Source: a virus (lineage: Duplodnaviria > Caudoviricetes). Taken from it: 42,454 nt of DNA. Of this stretch, positions 17,214-27,499 are shown piece after piece. Position numbers and translations under genes: made by a program. Position 1 is the first letter of the stretch, and the number at the start of each line of letters is the position of its first letter. The notes under the pieces are model-generated. The model saw nothing but the letters and a program-made list of their open reading frames with translations, was not told the origin of the DNA and ran no database searches. The stretch is taken from positions 1-42,454 of IMG/VR virus record IMGVR_UViG_3300010052_000133, one strand, 5' to 3'.

Positions 17214-17762
17214 ATGAGTCGACCAGGTCCTGCCGCGAAGCCGACCGAGCTGAAGGCGCTGGAAGGTAACCGCGGCCACCGATCACTGAACCTCGACCAG
17301 GTGTTCCGCCCCGAAGTCGGAATGCCGGATGCGCCACGGTGGCTGCTGCCCGAGTCGAAGAAGGCCTGGCGGCGCCTGTCGGCCGAACTGCTTCGGTACA
17401 ACTTGCTGAGCAAGGTCGATCGCGAGGCGTTCGCCATGCTGTGCCAGACCATCGGCCGTCTGGAGCAGATCGAGCGGGCCTTCGCGGCGAAGCAAGCAGC
17501 GCTGCTGGCCGAGAAACGCGACCCGACCGAAGCGTTCATGGAGAAGACGCCGGGCGGCATGTTCGTGCAGTCGGCGCTCTACCAGGTCCTGAACAAGGAA
17601 CAGGGCAAGCTGCACAAGCTGCTCGAATCGTTCGGCCTGCGGCCCGACGCGCGCGCGGCCGTCACCACCGCGGTGCGCGCGCAGCTGCAGCTGTTCCAGG
17701 GCGGCGCCACTCCGGAGCCGCAGCCGGCTGGCCGGCCGCAGGGCTTCGCTGACTTCGAGTGA
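17214..17762 (+). CDS. terS: Terminase small subunit (P27-like)
   Basis: PGPAAKPTELKALEGN...FGLRPDAR motifs. Confidence 0.9.
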   Translation: MSRPGPAAKPTELKALEGNRGHRSLNLDQVFRPEVGMPDAPRWLLPESKKAWRRLSAELLRYNLLSKVDREAFAMLCQTIGRLEQIERAFAAKQAALLAEKRDPTEAFMEKTPGGMFVQSALYQVLNKEQGKLHKLLESFGLRPDARAAVTTAVRAQLQLFQGGATPEPQPAGRPQGFADFE

Positions 17763-19474
17763 TGGTCCGCAGCTACTTCGAGCGTGCCACCTCGTACTGC
17801 AAACGCGCGGTCGCCGGGAAGGAGGGCGCAGGCCTCTACGAGCGGCTGATGTGCGAGCGCTTTCTGCGCGACCTAGAACGGCAGGGCACCGACCAGTTCC
17901 CCTACGTCTTCGACGAGACGGCCGGGGCGCGAGCCTGCCAGTTCCTGGAGCTGCTCTCGCACATCAAGGGCGAATGGGCGAAGCCGGTCTACATCGACGG
18001 TCGTGTCACCTACGCGAAGCTGATCCTCGAGGACTGGCAGATCTGCATCGAGATCCAGCTATTCGGCTGGAAGCACCGCGACTCCAGACTGCGTCGCTTT
18101 CGCCGGAGCTACGAGGAGATCGCCCGCAAGAACGCGAAAAGCACGCGTGTCGCCGGTCGAGAGCTCTACCTGGTCACAGCGGACGGCGAGCCTGGCGCGC
18201 ACTGCTACAGCGTGGCCACCACCGGCGAGCAGGCGCGCGAAGTGTTCGACGTGTCTCGCCACATGGCGCTGCGCGACCCGGAGTTCCTCACGCGCTTCGG
18301 TGTGGATGTCGGCAAGCACGACATCACCATCCCGTCGACCGCGAGCAGCTACAAGCCGCTGAACTCCGAAGGCTCGACGCTCGATGGCCTGAACATCCAC
18401 GGCGCCGCGGTCGACGAAGTGCACGCGCACAAGACTCGCGCGGTGTGGGACGTGCTGGATAGCGCCGACGGCGCCCGCTCGCAATCGCTGATCAGCGCGA
18501 TCACCACCGCCGGCAGCAACCGCTCGGGCATCTGCTACGAGCTGCGGGACTACACGATCAAGATCCTGACGCGCGTCGTCGACGACGAGACGTGGTTCGG
18601 TGTCATCTACACGATCGACGAAGGCGATGTGTGGCATGACCCGAAGGTGTGGCGCAAGGCGAACCCGAACCTCGGCATCAGCGTGAAGGTCGAGCACCTG
18701 GAGGCGGCCTGCCGCAAGGCACTCGCTCAGCCGAGCGCGGTGAACAACTTCCTCACCAAGCACCTGAACGTCTGGGTCAACAGTGCCACGGCCTGGATGG
18801 ACATGCAGGCCTGGGAGCGCTGCGCGAACAAGTCGCTCCGCCTGGCTGACTTCGCCGGCGAGCGCTGCTGGATCGGTATGGACCTCGCGGAGAAGCGCGA
18901 CTTCGCTGCGCTCTGCCTGGTGTTCCATCGCGACGACCACTGGTATTGCTTTCCGCGGCTGTACTTGAACGAGAACGCCATCGAGCAGTCGGGCAACGCC
19001 CACTTGCAAGGCTGGGCGCGGGCCGGCCACGTCGTCATGACCGACGGAAACATCACCGACTTCGATGTCATCGCCGACGATCTGAGGAGCTATTGCACCG
19101 AGTTCGACGTGCAAGAGATCCCGTATGACCCGGCACTCAGCCGCTACTTCGCCACGAAGCTGGTCGAGGAAGGCCTGCCGCTCGTCGAGGTGCGTCAGGC
19201 GCCGATGTTCTTCACGCAGCCGTTGATCCAGACCGAGAACCTGGTGCTCGAACGGAAGATGAGTTTCGACGGCAACCCTGTCATGACCTGGATGGTGAGC
19301 AATGTCGAGGTCACGACATCAAAGTTCAATGGCCTCAAGCACCCGACGAAGGCTCGCGACGAGAACAAGATCGACGGACCGATCGCCTTCTTCCTGGCCC
19401 TCGGTCGCGCGATGGAGCGACCGGAAGAAGAGATCACGCCGGCCATCATCAACCTGGACCTGTCTCACGCATGA
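17762..19474 (+). CDS. terL: Terminase large subunit
   Basis: IARKNAKST Walker A, AVDEVH Walker B, ITTAG, GMDLA and KIDG nuclease motifs. Confidence 0.95.
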   Translation: MVRSYFERATSYCKRAVAGKEGAGLYERLMCERFLRDLERQGTDQFPYVFDETAGARACQFLELLSHIKGEWAKPVYIDGRVTYAKLILEDWQICIEIQLFGWKHRDSRLRRFRRSYEEIARKNAKSTRVAGRELYLVTADGEPGAHCYSVATTGEQAREVFDVSRHMALRDPEFLTRFGVDVGKHDITIPSTASSYKPLNSEGSTLDGLNIHGAAVDEVHAHKTRAVWDVLDSADGARSQSLISAITTAGSNRSGICYELRDYTIKILTRVVDDETWFGVIYTIDEGDVWHDPKVWRKANPNLGISVKVEHLEAACRKALAQPSAVNNFLTKHLNVWVNSATAWMDMQAWERCANKSLRLADFAGERCWIGMDLAEKRDFAALCLVFHRDDHWYCFPRLYLNENAIEQSGNAHLQGWARAGHVVMTDGNITDFDVIADDLRSYCTEFDVQEIPYDPALSRYFATKLVEEGLPLVEVRQAPMFFTQPLIQTENLVLERKMSFDGNPVMTWMVSNVEVTTSKFNGLKHPTKARDENKIDGPIAFFLALGRAMERPEEEITPAIINLDLSHA

Positions 19475-20787
19475 CCGCCACCACCTTCGACCTGCAGGCG
19501 AAGCAGCACGACTCGCGCGTGCTCGGCGCCTGGCTCGCCGGCCGGGAAGGCGGCGCCATGCGCGCTGGCGTTGCGCCGACCATCCAGGCCGCGGGCGAGA
19601 ACTCGTCGACGACGGGCCTCACCGCGGAGCAGCTGCTCAACGTCCTCGGCCTGGCGGGGACCAGCGCAGCGGGCATGCCGGTGACGGCCGAGACCGCCAT
19701 GCGCGTCTCGACCGTTTATGCCTGCGTCGGCCTCATTGCTGGCGCAATTGCTTCGATGCCGCTGGCGGTCTACGAGCGCGAGGGGAACACGCGGAAGAAG
19801 GCGGAGCACGACTACTGGTGGATGTTCAACGAGCAGGCCAACGACGACATGACGTCGGCCACTGCGTGGGAGTGCCTCCTCGGCGGCAAATTCTTCTATG
19901 GTGACGGGTTCGGCGAGCTGCTGCGCCCGAGCATCGTGAGCAGCAAGGTGATCGGCTGGAAACCGATGCATCCACTACGTACCCAGCCGTTCGCAGACAC
20001 CGACGGGACGCTCTACTACCGCTACACGCCGGCGAATGGCCCGGTGCGCATCCTTGATGCGGCGGACGTGATCCACATCCCGAGCCAGGGGTTCGATGGG
20101 CTGACGAGCCCGAGCCCGATCACCTTTGCGGCGCGCGAGGCGATCGGCACCGCGCTGGCCGGTGAGAACTACAGCGCGAAGTTCTTCACCGAAGGTGGCA
20201 CGTTCGACTACGCGCTGAAGACCTCTGCCTCGCTGAAGGCCGATCAGCTCGATGCGCTGCGCGCGTCGCTGCTTGCCCGCATCACCGGCGGTCGCAACAC
20301 GCGTTCGCCGCTGATCCTGACGGGTGGCATCGAGCCAGCACAACTGTCTGTCACTCCAAAAGACGGCGAGATCCTGTCCACCCGCCTCTTCAGCGTCGAG
20401 GAGATCTGCCGCATCTTCGGTGTGCCGCCGCACATGGTCGGCCACACGGACAAGACCACGAGCTGGGGCTCGGGCATCGAGTCGCAGGGTATCGGCTTCG
20501 TCCGCTACACGCTGCAGCGTCACCTGACCTCGATCGCCCAGGAGTTCAACCGCAAGCTGTGGCCGAGCCGCTCGCGGTACTTCGTCGAGCACGTGACGGC
20601 GGCGCTCGAGCGCGGTGACCTCAAGAGCCGCTACGAGGCCTATCGCATCGCGCTCGGCCGTGCTGGCGAGATGCCATGGATGGACAGCGACGAGATCCGG
20701 CGCCTGGAGAACATGGCGCCGAACCCGAACCTCAAACCTCAACCCGGAGCGACCAATGCGCAACCGACTGATCCAGCTGCTGGCTGA
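19471..20787 (+). CDS. HK97-family portal protein
   Basis: VYACVGLIA...EEICRIFGVPPHMVG...EIRRLEN. Confidence 0.95.
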   Translation: MTATTFDLQAKQHDSRVLGAWLAGREGGAMRAGVAPTIQAAGENSSTTGLTAEQLLNVLGLAGTSAAGMPVTAETAMRVSTVYACVGLIAGAIASMPLAVYEREGNTRKKAEHDYWWMFNEQANDDMTSATAWECLLGGKFFYGDGFGELLRPSIVSSKVIGWKPMHPLRTQPFADTDGTLYYRYTPANGPVRILDAADVIHIPSQGFDGLTSPSPITFAAREAIGTALAGENYSAKFFTEGGTFDYALKTSASLKADQLDALRASLLARITGGRNTRSPLILTGGIEPAQLSVTPKDGEILSTRLFSVEEICRIFGVPPHMVGHTDKTTSWGSGIESQGIGFVRYTLQRHLTSIAQEFNRKLWPSRSRYFVEHVTAALERGDLKSRYEAYRIALGRAGEMPWMDSDEIRRLENMAPNPNLKPQPGATNAQPTDPAAG

Positions 20788-21523
20788 CAACCGCAAGATC
20801 GAGGGCCGGCGCTTCGAAGTGCTCGCGCTCGATGGCACCGACGAGGTGGAGCTGTTCCTGTACGACGCGATCGTCGACAGCGAACTCGAGGCCGAGTGGT
20901 GGGGTGGAGTCGCGCCGGAGCCGTTCGTCAAGGCGCTGCGCGGGATCGACGCCGCCACTATCCACCTGCGGATCAACAGCCCCGGCGGCAGCGTCTTCGC
21001 GGCCCGCACGATGGAACAGGCACTGCGTGAGCACAAGGCGAAGATCGTCGTGCACATCGACGGCCTGGCCGCCAGCGCGGCGACGTTCATCGCCATGGCC
21101 GGCGACGAGATCGTCATGGCCAAGGGCGCGCTGTTCATGATCCACAAGGCCTGGAGCTATGCCTGGGGCAACAGCGACGAGCTCGCCGCCGCTGCGGCGC
21201 TGCTGTCGAAGGTCGACGGCACGCTCGTCGAGACCTATGCCGAGCGCACCGGCCAGGCGCCCGAGCAGATCTCCGAGTGGATGGCCGCAGAGACATGGTT
21301 CACCGCGGCCGAGGCGGTCGAGCAGGGCTTTGCCGACCGCGTCGACGAGCCCACCACTGGCGACACCGCCAGCGCGAAGTGGAACCTCAGCGCCTTCATC
21401 GCCGGTACCCGTAACAAGCCAGTCCAGGCGCCTGCACAAACGCAGACCCCGGATGCCAGCACCGACCACCGCTCCCGCCAGCAGCAGCGCCTCCGCGTGC
21501 TGCAGGCCACACCGATCGCATAG
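20756..21523 (+). CDS. ClpP-like head maturation protease
   Basis: INSPGGSV, DGLAASAA, FMIHKA, ETWFTAAEAVEQGFAD. Confidence 0.93.
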   Translation: MRNRLIQLLADNRKIEGRRFEVLALDGTDEVELFLYDAIVDSELEAEWWGGVAPEPFVKALRGIDAATIHLRINSPGGSVFAARTMEQALREHKAKIVVHIDGLAASAATFIAMAGDEIVMAKGALFMIHKAWSYAWGNSDELAAAAALLSKVDGTLVETYAERTGQAPEQISEWMAAETWFTAAEAVEQGFADRVDEPTTGDTASAKWNLSAFIAGTRNKPVQAPAQTQTPDASTDHRSRQQQRLRVLQATPIA

Positions 21524-21545
21524 CGCCACTCGCGCAGCGAAGTCC

Positions 21546-21569
21546 GGCCCGCCTCGCGCGGGCTTTTTT
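21546..21569 (+). terminator. Intrinsic-terminator-like hairpin before the capsid gene
   Basis: GCCCGC-CTCGC-GCGGGC followed by T run. Confidence 0.55.
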
Positions 21570-21592
21570 ACGTCCCCAGAAAGGAAAGCACC

Positions 21593-22870
21593 ATGAGCAA
21601 ACTCGCTCAACTGCGCGAGCGTCGCAACACCAAGGCCCTCGCGGCCAAGACGCTCAACGACAAGTTCCCCGCCGACCAGCGGATGCCGAAGGCTGAGATC
21701 GAACAGCTCGACGCGATCCTCGCCGAGATCGAGGCCATCGATGACGAGATCACCCGCGAGACCCGCCTGGCCCAGCTCGCCGGCGAGGCTGCCGCGGATG
21801 TTCTCGACGCGGCCCGCGATTCCGCCACGCGTGACCCGAGCAAGCACAGCGCCAACAGCAAGGCCCTGCGCGCCTACCTCTCGGGCGGCCTCGCAGCGCT
21901 CGACGCGACGCAGATGACCGAACTGCGCGCCCGCGTCACGCCCGAGATCGCCGCCGCGATGCGGATGAATGTCCAGGGCGCGATGAGCACCTCGACGCCC
22001 GCGGAAGGTGGCTACACCGTGGCCACCGAGTACATGCGCGAGCTCGAAGCGGCGATGAAGGCCTATGGCGGCATCCTGCAGGTCTGCAGCTTCATCCAGA
22101 CCGGCAGCGGCGCCACGATGAACTTCCCGACCGCCGATGCCACCGCGGAGGAAGGCGAGATCGTCGGCCAGAACACGGCGGTCACGGGCCTCGACACGAC
22201 TTTCGGCAACACGACCCTCGACGTGTACAAGTACTCGTCGAAGAAGATCGCACTGCCCTGGGAGCTGGTGCAGGACTCGTTCCTGGATATCGAGGCCTAC
22301 ATCCAGGGCCTGCTGGCCATGCGCCTGGGCCGCATCATCAGCAAGCACATGACCACCGGCACGGGCACCGCCCAGCCGCGCGGCATCGTCACCGGCTCGA
22401 CTCTGGGAAAGACCGGCACCACCGGCCAGACCCTGACCGTCATCTATGACGACCTGGTCGACCTCGAGCACAGCGTGGACCCGGCCTACCGCTCGCAGCC
22501 TGGCGTCGGCTTCATGATGCACGACAGCTCGCTGAAGGTCGTACGCAAGATCAAGGACCTGGAGGGCCGTCCGATCTTCGTGCCGGGCTATGAGCAGGGC
22601 AATCCGGGCGGCGCCCCCGATCGCCTGCTCGGCCGTCCGATCGCCATCTCTCAGGAGATGCCGGTGATGGCGGCGAACGCGAAGTCCATCCTGTTCGGCG
22701 CGTTCCGCAAGTACGTGGCGCGTCGCGTCATGGACCTCACGGTGTTCCGCATGACCGACAGCGCCTTCACGCTGAACGGTCAGACCGGCTTCGTGGCGTT
22801 CCAGCGCATCGGCGGAAACCTGATCGACGCCGGCGGCGCGGTCAAGCACTACGCCAACTCGGCGACCTGA
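21593..22870 (+). CDS. Major capsid protein (HK97 fold with delta domain)
   Basis: Coiled-coil N-terminus, EGGYTV, ELVQDS, KIKDLEGRPIF, LLGRPI, FGAF. Confidence 0.95.
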   Translation: MSKLAQLRERRNTKALAAKTLNDKFPADQRMPKAEIEQLDAILAEIEAIDDEITRETRLAQLAGEAAADVLDAARDSATRDPSKHSANSKALRAYLSGGLAALDATQMTELRARVTPEIAAAMRMNVQGAMSTSTPAEGGYTVATEYMRELEAAMKAYGGILQVCSFIQTGSGATMNFPTADATAEEGEIVGQNTAVTGLDTTFGNTTLDVYKYSSKKIALPWELVQDSFLDIEAYIQGLLAMRLGRIISKHMTTGTGTAQPRGIVTGSTLGKTGTTGQTLTVIYDDLVDLEHSVDPAYRSQPGVGFMMHDSSLKVVRKIKDLEGRPIFVPGYEQGNPGGAPDRLLGRPIAISQEMPVMAANAKSILFGAFRKYVARRVMDLTVFRMTDSAFTLNGQTGFVAFQRIGGNLIDAGGAVKHYANSAT

Positions 22871-22888
22871 TCGACCAGGCCGCGCCCT

Positions 22889-22921
22889 GCGCCCGAGGCT
22901 CCATTCAGCAGCCTCGGGCGC
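22889..22921 (+). other. 12-bp stem hairpin after capsid gene
   Basis: GCGCCCGAGGCT-N9-AGCCTCGGGCGC without U-tract; possibly mRNA stabilising. Confidence 0.55.
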
Positions 22922-22952
22922 CGCCCCACCACCGAACACGGAGAACACCACC

Positions 22953-23312
22953 ATGGCAACCGCCAAGTCCCTCATCGCCCGCGTGCTGGTCGATATCCTG
23001 CAGCACGGCCTGCGTGCTGGCCAGCTGGTCGAGGCCGAGCCGGCGCTCATCGAGCAGCTCAAGTCCTCTGGCGCCGTCGATCCCCACGAGGATGCCGTCG
23101 CCTACGCACGCAGCGAAGGCGCCGCCGTCGTGAAGATCGAGCCCGCCGCGAAGCCCGCCAAGGCGCCGAAGCAGGCCAAGACCGATGCGGCTGCCGTCGC
23201 CGCGCTCAAGGAGCAGATCGCCAAGGTCGAGGAGCAGCTCGCCGCAGCTCCGGACGAAGAGAAGCCCGCGCTGCAGGAGCAGCTCGACGAGCTGCGCAGC
23301 CAGCTGGCTTGA
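22953..23312 (+). CDS. Hypothetical head-associated protein
   Basis: 119 aa with coiled-coil C-terminus; follows capsid gene. Confidence 0.7.
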   Translation: MATAKSLIARVLVDILQHGLRAGQLVEAEPALIEQLKSSGAVDPHEDAVAYARSEGAAVVKIEPAAKPAKAPKQAKTDAAAVAALKEQIAKVEEQLAAAPDEEKPALQEQLDELRSQLA

Positions 23313-23344
23313 GCACCCGAACCCTCACGTTGAAAGGCTGAGCC

Positions 23345-23752
23345 ATGACCATCCAACTTTCGGCCGCGGTTCGTAATGCCCGTCTCGATGCGATCGAGAC
23401 GGCGATCGGCGCGTCGGCTGTCCTGAAGATCCGTAGCGGCGCGGCGCCGGCCAATGTGGCCGCCGCTGACGCAGGGACCGTCCTCGCCACGCTCAGCCTC
23501 CCCAGCGACTGGATGGCTGCCGCGTCTGCAGGCGCCAAGGCCAAGAGCGGCACCTGGGAAGACACAAGCGCCGACGCAGCCGGCACCGCCGCGCACTTCC
23601 GCATCTACGCTTCCGACGGCACCACGGCCCACCTGCAGGGCACGGTGACGGCGACCGGTGGTGGTGGCGACATGACGGTCGACAACGTCGTGTTCGCCGC
23701 TGGCCAGGCCTTCTCGATCACGACCTTCACGCTGACCGACGGCAATGCCTGA
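23345..23752 (+). CDS. Small beta-rich virion protein (putative fibre or decoration subunit)
   Basis: 135 aa Ala/Gly/Thr-rich, MTIQLSAAVRNARLDAIE...; within structural operon. Confidence 0.7.
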   Translation: MTIQLSAAVRNARLDAIETAIGASAVLKIRSGAAPANVAAADAGTVLATLSLPSDWMAAASAGAKAKSGTWEDTSADAAGTAAHFRIYASDGTTAHLQGTVTATGGGGDMTVDNVVFAAGQAFSITTFTLTDGNA

Positions 23753-23782
23753 CCTGCGGGCCTACGTGCTGGCGCGCTGAGG
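23751..23782 (+). repeat. 32-bp direct repeat, copy 1
   Basis: GACCTGCGGGCCTACGTGCTGGCGCGCTGAGG; one mismatch to 39498-39529. Confidence 0.9.
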
Positions 23783-23789
23783 AACTCCC

Positions 23790-25556
23790 ATGGCCATCTC
23801 GTTCGGCGCCCAAGGCTCGGGCGTCACAGGCTCGACGAGCCTGGCGGTGCCGTACCCGGTGCTGCCGGACCCCGGCGAGCTGTTCTTGCTCAGCGTCGTC
23901 AACAAGTACCCGACGAACGGGCCAGCCACACCGGCGGGCTTCACGCTGGTAGGCCAGGCCTCGGGAGGCGCTGGGTCTGCAGGAGACGACTCGGGCACGG
24001 TCTACATGACCGTGTTCGCGAAGGTCTCCGACGGCACCGAGACCGGCAACGTCACCGTGACGATCACCGGAGGCAACAGCGCGGTCGGCCGGATGGCGCG
24101 CTACGAGAAGGATCCGACTAAGAACTGGGATGTCGCCGCGGTGGGCGCTGCGGTGAACGCCGCTACGGCCAGCTGGTCGGTGGCGTTGCCGTCGAATCCT
24201 GGCATCGATGCGGGCGACTTCATCGTCGCCTACACCGGCATCAACTCGGATGCCTACACGGCCAGCGCGCATGCGATCACCGCCGCAGGGGTCAGCGCCT
24301 GGGGCACGGTCACGCAGCGCAATGACTTCGGCACCGGCTTCGGCAACGACTGCCGCTTCACGCAGTCGGAGCACCCGGTCACCACCGGCACCGCGAGTGG
24401 CGTACCCACCTACTCCATGACCGAGAGCGGCACCGCCGGCAATGCGCCGGCCGGCTGCGTGCTGCTTGTTCGGCTGCGCGAAGTCGCTGGCAGCATCGCG
24501 GCCAGCCTGTCGTCGACCTTGGGCGACCTGACCGGGGCCGCCACTGGATCCTTGCCTATCCAAGGTGCGGCGACACCAACGTTCGGCGCGCTAGTGCTGG
24601 GTGGCAGTGCTGCGCTCACGATCGTTGGCGCAAGCGCTCCTACGCTGGGTGCCCTGGCGCTCGCGGCAACCGGCGTTCGCACACCTATTTCTGCCGTTGC
24701 GACACCCACGCTCGCAGACCTGACGGCCAGCTCTTCAGCCGTCGTTGCTCTGACGGCCACGGCAGCACCTACGCTGGCGACAGTTGTCAGCGCTGCCGCC
24801 GCGACGCTGCGGATTGTCGCGGTGGCCGGCCCGACGCTGGCTGACCTGTCCAGTGCCGCGACGGCCCAGATCGCAGTGGTGGGGACGGCGACTCCTGCCT
24901 TGGCCAGCACGACTGCAGCCGCGACGGCTGCACTCGCAGTCAAGGCCGCAGCGGCTCTGCAGCTTGCCGATGCCACCAGCTCGGCGGCAGGCGTGCTGCC
25001 GATCGTCGGCGCCGCGACCGTGGCCTTGCAGGCATTGACCTGTGCCGCGAGCGGCGAGCTCGAGCTCGCAGCAGGCACCGGGACAGTCGCCCAGGCGCTG
25101 GCCGATCTCACGGTCGCGTCGGTGTCGAAGCTATCGATCGCTGCGGCGGCGGCTCCGACCCTCGGGAACCTGACGAGCGCGGCACAGGCGGCGGTCGCGA
25201 TTCGCGGCACGCTCGGCGTCACCCTAGGCGCCGCGACGCTGGTCGCCGCCGGTGGTGTGGTCTCGGGTGAGGGCGAGGTCGACACCACGCTCGCGGCGTT
25301 GACCTGCAGCGCAACCGCTCGCATGGCGATCGTGGCCGCGTCTGTGCAGGTCCTGGAAGCAGCAGCACTGGTCAGCGCAGGCCGAGCTGCGCTGGTCGGC
25401 TCCGCGAGCATCACGCTCGGCGCCTGCACGATCCACGCGACCGGTGCAGACAGCAGCACGGTTCCTCCGGTGATTGGCGCTCGGCGCAACGCACAGCGTC
25501 AGCAGCAGGTGGGCCGACGGCCTCAGATCGATGCCGGCATCCGTCGGCGCAACTGA
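23790..25556 (+). CDS. Virion fibre-like protein: N-terminal beta domain plus about 14-15 repeats of about 21 aa
   Basis: Repeats such as TLADLTASSSAVVALTATAAP, TLADLSSAATAQIAVVGTATP, TLGNLTSAAQAAVAIRGTLGV. Confidence 0.75.
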   Translation: MAISFGAQGSGVTGSTSLAVPYPVLPDPGELFLLSVVNKYPTNGPATPAGFTLVGQASGGAGSAGDDSGTVYMTVFAKVSDGTETGNVTVTITGGNSAVGRMARYEKDPTKNWDVAAVGAAVNAATASWSVALPSNPGIDAGDFIVAYTGINSDAYTASAHAITAAGVSAWGTVTQRNDFGTGFGNDCRFTQSEHPVTTGTASGVPTYSMTESGTAGNAPAGCVLLVRLREVAGSIAASLSSTLGDLTGAATGSLPIQGAATPTFGALVLGGSAALTIVGASAPTLGALALAATGVRTPISAVATPTLADLTASSSAVVALTATAAPTLATVVSAAAATLRIVAVAGPTLADLSSAATAQIAVVGTATPALASTTAAATAALAVKAAAALQLADATSSAAGVLPIVGAATVALQALTCAASGELELAAGTGTVAQALADLTVASVSKLSIAAAAAPTLGNLTSAAQAAVAIRGTLGVTLGAATLVAAGGVVSGEGEVDTTLAALTCSATARMAIVAASVQVLEAAALVSAGRAALVGSASITLGACTIHATGADSSTVPPVIGARRNAQRQQQVGRRPQIDAGIRRRN

Positions 25557-25565
25557 ACGAAAACC

Positions 25566-26132
25566 ATGTCGCTCAATCCTATTCAAGGCCCTGCTGTCGA
25601 GCCCATCACGCTGGCCGAAGCGAGGGCGCAGTGCAGGGTCGACCATTCGGCCGAGGATGCTTTGATCACCTCGCTCATCGTGGTCGCCCGCGAGCAGGCA
25701 GAGCAGCGGCTGAGCCGCGCACTGATCACGCAGACCTGGGAGCGGGTGCTCGATGCCTTCCCTGTTGCCGAGATCGAGCTCGGGATGCCGAAGCAGCTGA
25801 GCGTGGTTTCCGTGAAGTACATCGACAGCCAGGGTGACGAGCAGACCCTGGACTCTGCCGCCTACTCGCTCGACGCTGAAACGATCCCGGGTTTCTTGCA
25901 TCCCGCCTACGGCACCAGCTGGCCGGCGACGCTGTGCGCTGCAAATGCGGTGCGCGTGCGGTTCACGGCTGGCTTTGGTTCTGCAGCTGAAGCGGTGCCC
26001 AACTCCATCAAGCAATGGATGCTGCTGCACGTGGGCCACTGGCACTGCAACCGATCTGCCTCGGCCGACAAGAAGCATGAGCTGCTGCCGTATGTCGACA
26101 GCTTGCTCGACTCGTGGAGGGCGTGGCTGTGA
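25566..26132 (+). CDS. Head-tail connector (gp6-like)
   Basis: EPITLAEARAQCRVD...EDALITSLI...LITQTW...IKQWMLLHVGHW. Confidence 0.9.
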   Translation: MSLNPIQGPAVEPITLAEARAQCRVDHSAEDALITSLIVVAREQAEQRLSRALITQTWERVLDAFPVAEIELGMPKQLSVVSVKYIDSQGDEQTLDSAAYSLDAETIPGFLHPAYGTSWPATLCAANAVRVRFTAGFGSAAEAVPNSIKQWMLLHVGHWHCNRSASADKKHELLPYVDSLLDSWRAWL

Positions 26133-26491
26133 GTTGCGGCGCCGGAGCAGGTCAGTACGACCAGCGGATCACGATCCAGGACCGTGTGCCTGGCACAGAC
26201 GAGCTGGGCCAGGTGAACGGCGCGTGGGTCGCGATCGCGCCGGAGATGTGGGCGAGCGCGATGCCCATGACCGGTCGCGAGCGCTTCGCTTCGGGTCAGA
26301 TGCAGGTGCATGCCCCGGTGACGTTCCGCATCCCCTATCGGACCGACATCACGATCAAGGCATCCATGCGAGTCCTCTGGCGCGGTGAGCCCTACGAGAT
26401 CACCGCGCCGCCGATCGACGTGAAGGGCGCGCGCACCCAGCTGGAGATTCTGTGCGTCGGTGGACTGCGCGACGGACGCGACGATGTCTGA
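26129..26491 (+). CDS. Head closure / head-tail adaptor
   Basis: RITIQ...WASAMPMTGRE...FRIPYRTDI...MRVLWRGEPYEI; GTGA overlap. Confidence 0.88.
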   Translation: MSCGAGAGQYDQRITIQDRVPGTDELGQVNGAWVAIAPEMWASAMPMTGRERFASGQMQVHAPVTFRIPYRTDITIKASMRVLWRGEPYEITAPPIDVKGARTQLEILCVGGLRDGRDDV

Positions 26492-27020
26492 CATCGACTT
26501 CACCGCCCACGTGTCCGGCCTGCAGGACCTCGGCGCCAAGCTCCGCAGCATCCCGCCGAAGCTGCGGTCTCGCGTGATCCTCAACGCACTGCGAGCTGGT
26601 GCGCGCGCGTTCCGTGACGAGGCTCGCCGCCTGGCGCCGGTGCTCAGCGTGCCGGTCCGCCGGCGCAACCAGGTGCGCGAGGTCGGCACGCTCAAGCGGG
26701 CGATCAGCGTGCGCACCAGCAAGATCGCGCGCCGCGGCGGAGATCTCGGCGTGTTCGTCAACGTGAGGCCGGCCAAGGGCGCGCAGCGCGGCAACCGCAC
26801 CGGCAAGGACCCGTTCTACTGGCGCTGGCTGGAGTTCGACCACCTCAGCGGCACCGGGCGCCGGAGCAAGAAGGTGGCCGTCCGCCGCCGTCAGGGCGGC
26901 CGCCGGCGCATCCCCGGAAAGGCCTTCCTCCGCGGCGCCCTCACCAAGGGCCGCGAAGCGCTGGCGCGCATCGAGAAGGCCATGAGCAGCGGCATCCAGA
27001 AACTGGGGCTTGACCGATGA
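26484..27020 (+). CDS. HK97 gp10-like neck/tail protein
   Basis: GTLKRAI...FYWRWLEF...PGKAFLR. Confidence 0.85.
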   Translation: MSDIDFTAHVSGLQDLGAKLRSIPPKLRSRVILNALRAGARAFRDEARRLAPVLSVPVRRRNQVREVGTLKRAISVRTSKIARRGGDLGVFVNVRPAKGAQRGNRTGKDPFYWRWLEFDHLSGTGRRSKKVAVRRRQGGRRRIPGKAFLRGALTKGREALARIEKAMSSGIQKLGLDR

Positions 27021-27385
27021 GCGTCGAATCCGACATCCGCGCCGCGCTGATCGGCTATGCACCGCTGACTGCGCTGGTGCCTGAAGCCCGCATCGCGCTT
27101 GACCTGGTAGAGCAGGACACGCCACGCCCCTACATCGTGCTCAGCAAGGTGCGCGACGACGAGGACCTGGGCCTCGACGGCACCGTGTTCGGCGTCGACT
27201 ACGGCTTCGAGCTGCAGATCGTCGGCACCAGCCGCGCCAACGCCCTGCAGGTCAAGACACAGGCGCGTGCGGCGCTGCGTGCCGCGGACTTCCCGCCTGA
27301 CGACGGCGCGGCGGGATACGACGGCGAGAACGACCTCGAGGTCGAGACCGTCGCCATCAGCCACTACGAGGGCAACACCCTCTGA
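27017..27385 (+). CDS. Tail terminator protein (DUF3168-like)
   Basis: LTALV..RI...PRPYIV pattern; position before tail tube. Confidence 0.75.
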   Translation: MSVESDIRAALIGYAPLTALVPEARIALDLVEQDTPRPYIVLSKVRDDEDLGLDGTVFGVDYGFELQIVGTSRANALQVKTQARAALRAADFPPDDGAAGYDGENDLEVETVAISHYEGNTL

Positions 27386-27499
27386 GTACAGGCGCCTGCA
27401 CGGCGCCCCGTTCCACCCACCACTGCGGCCCGCCACTGAGCGGGCCGCTCGCGTTTCTGCAACCACCGGCCGCGCCGGACCATCTGAAAGGAAGCCACC

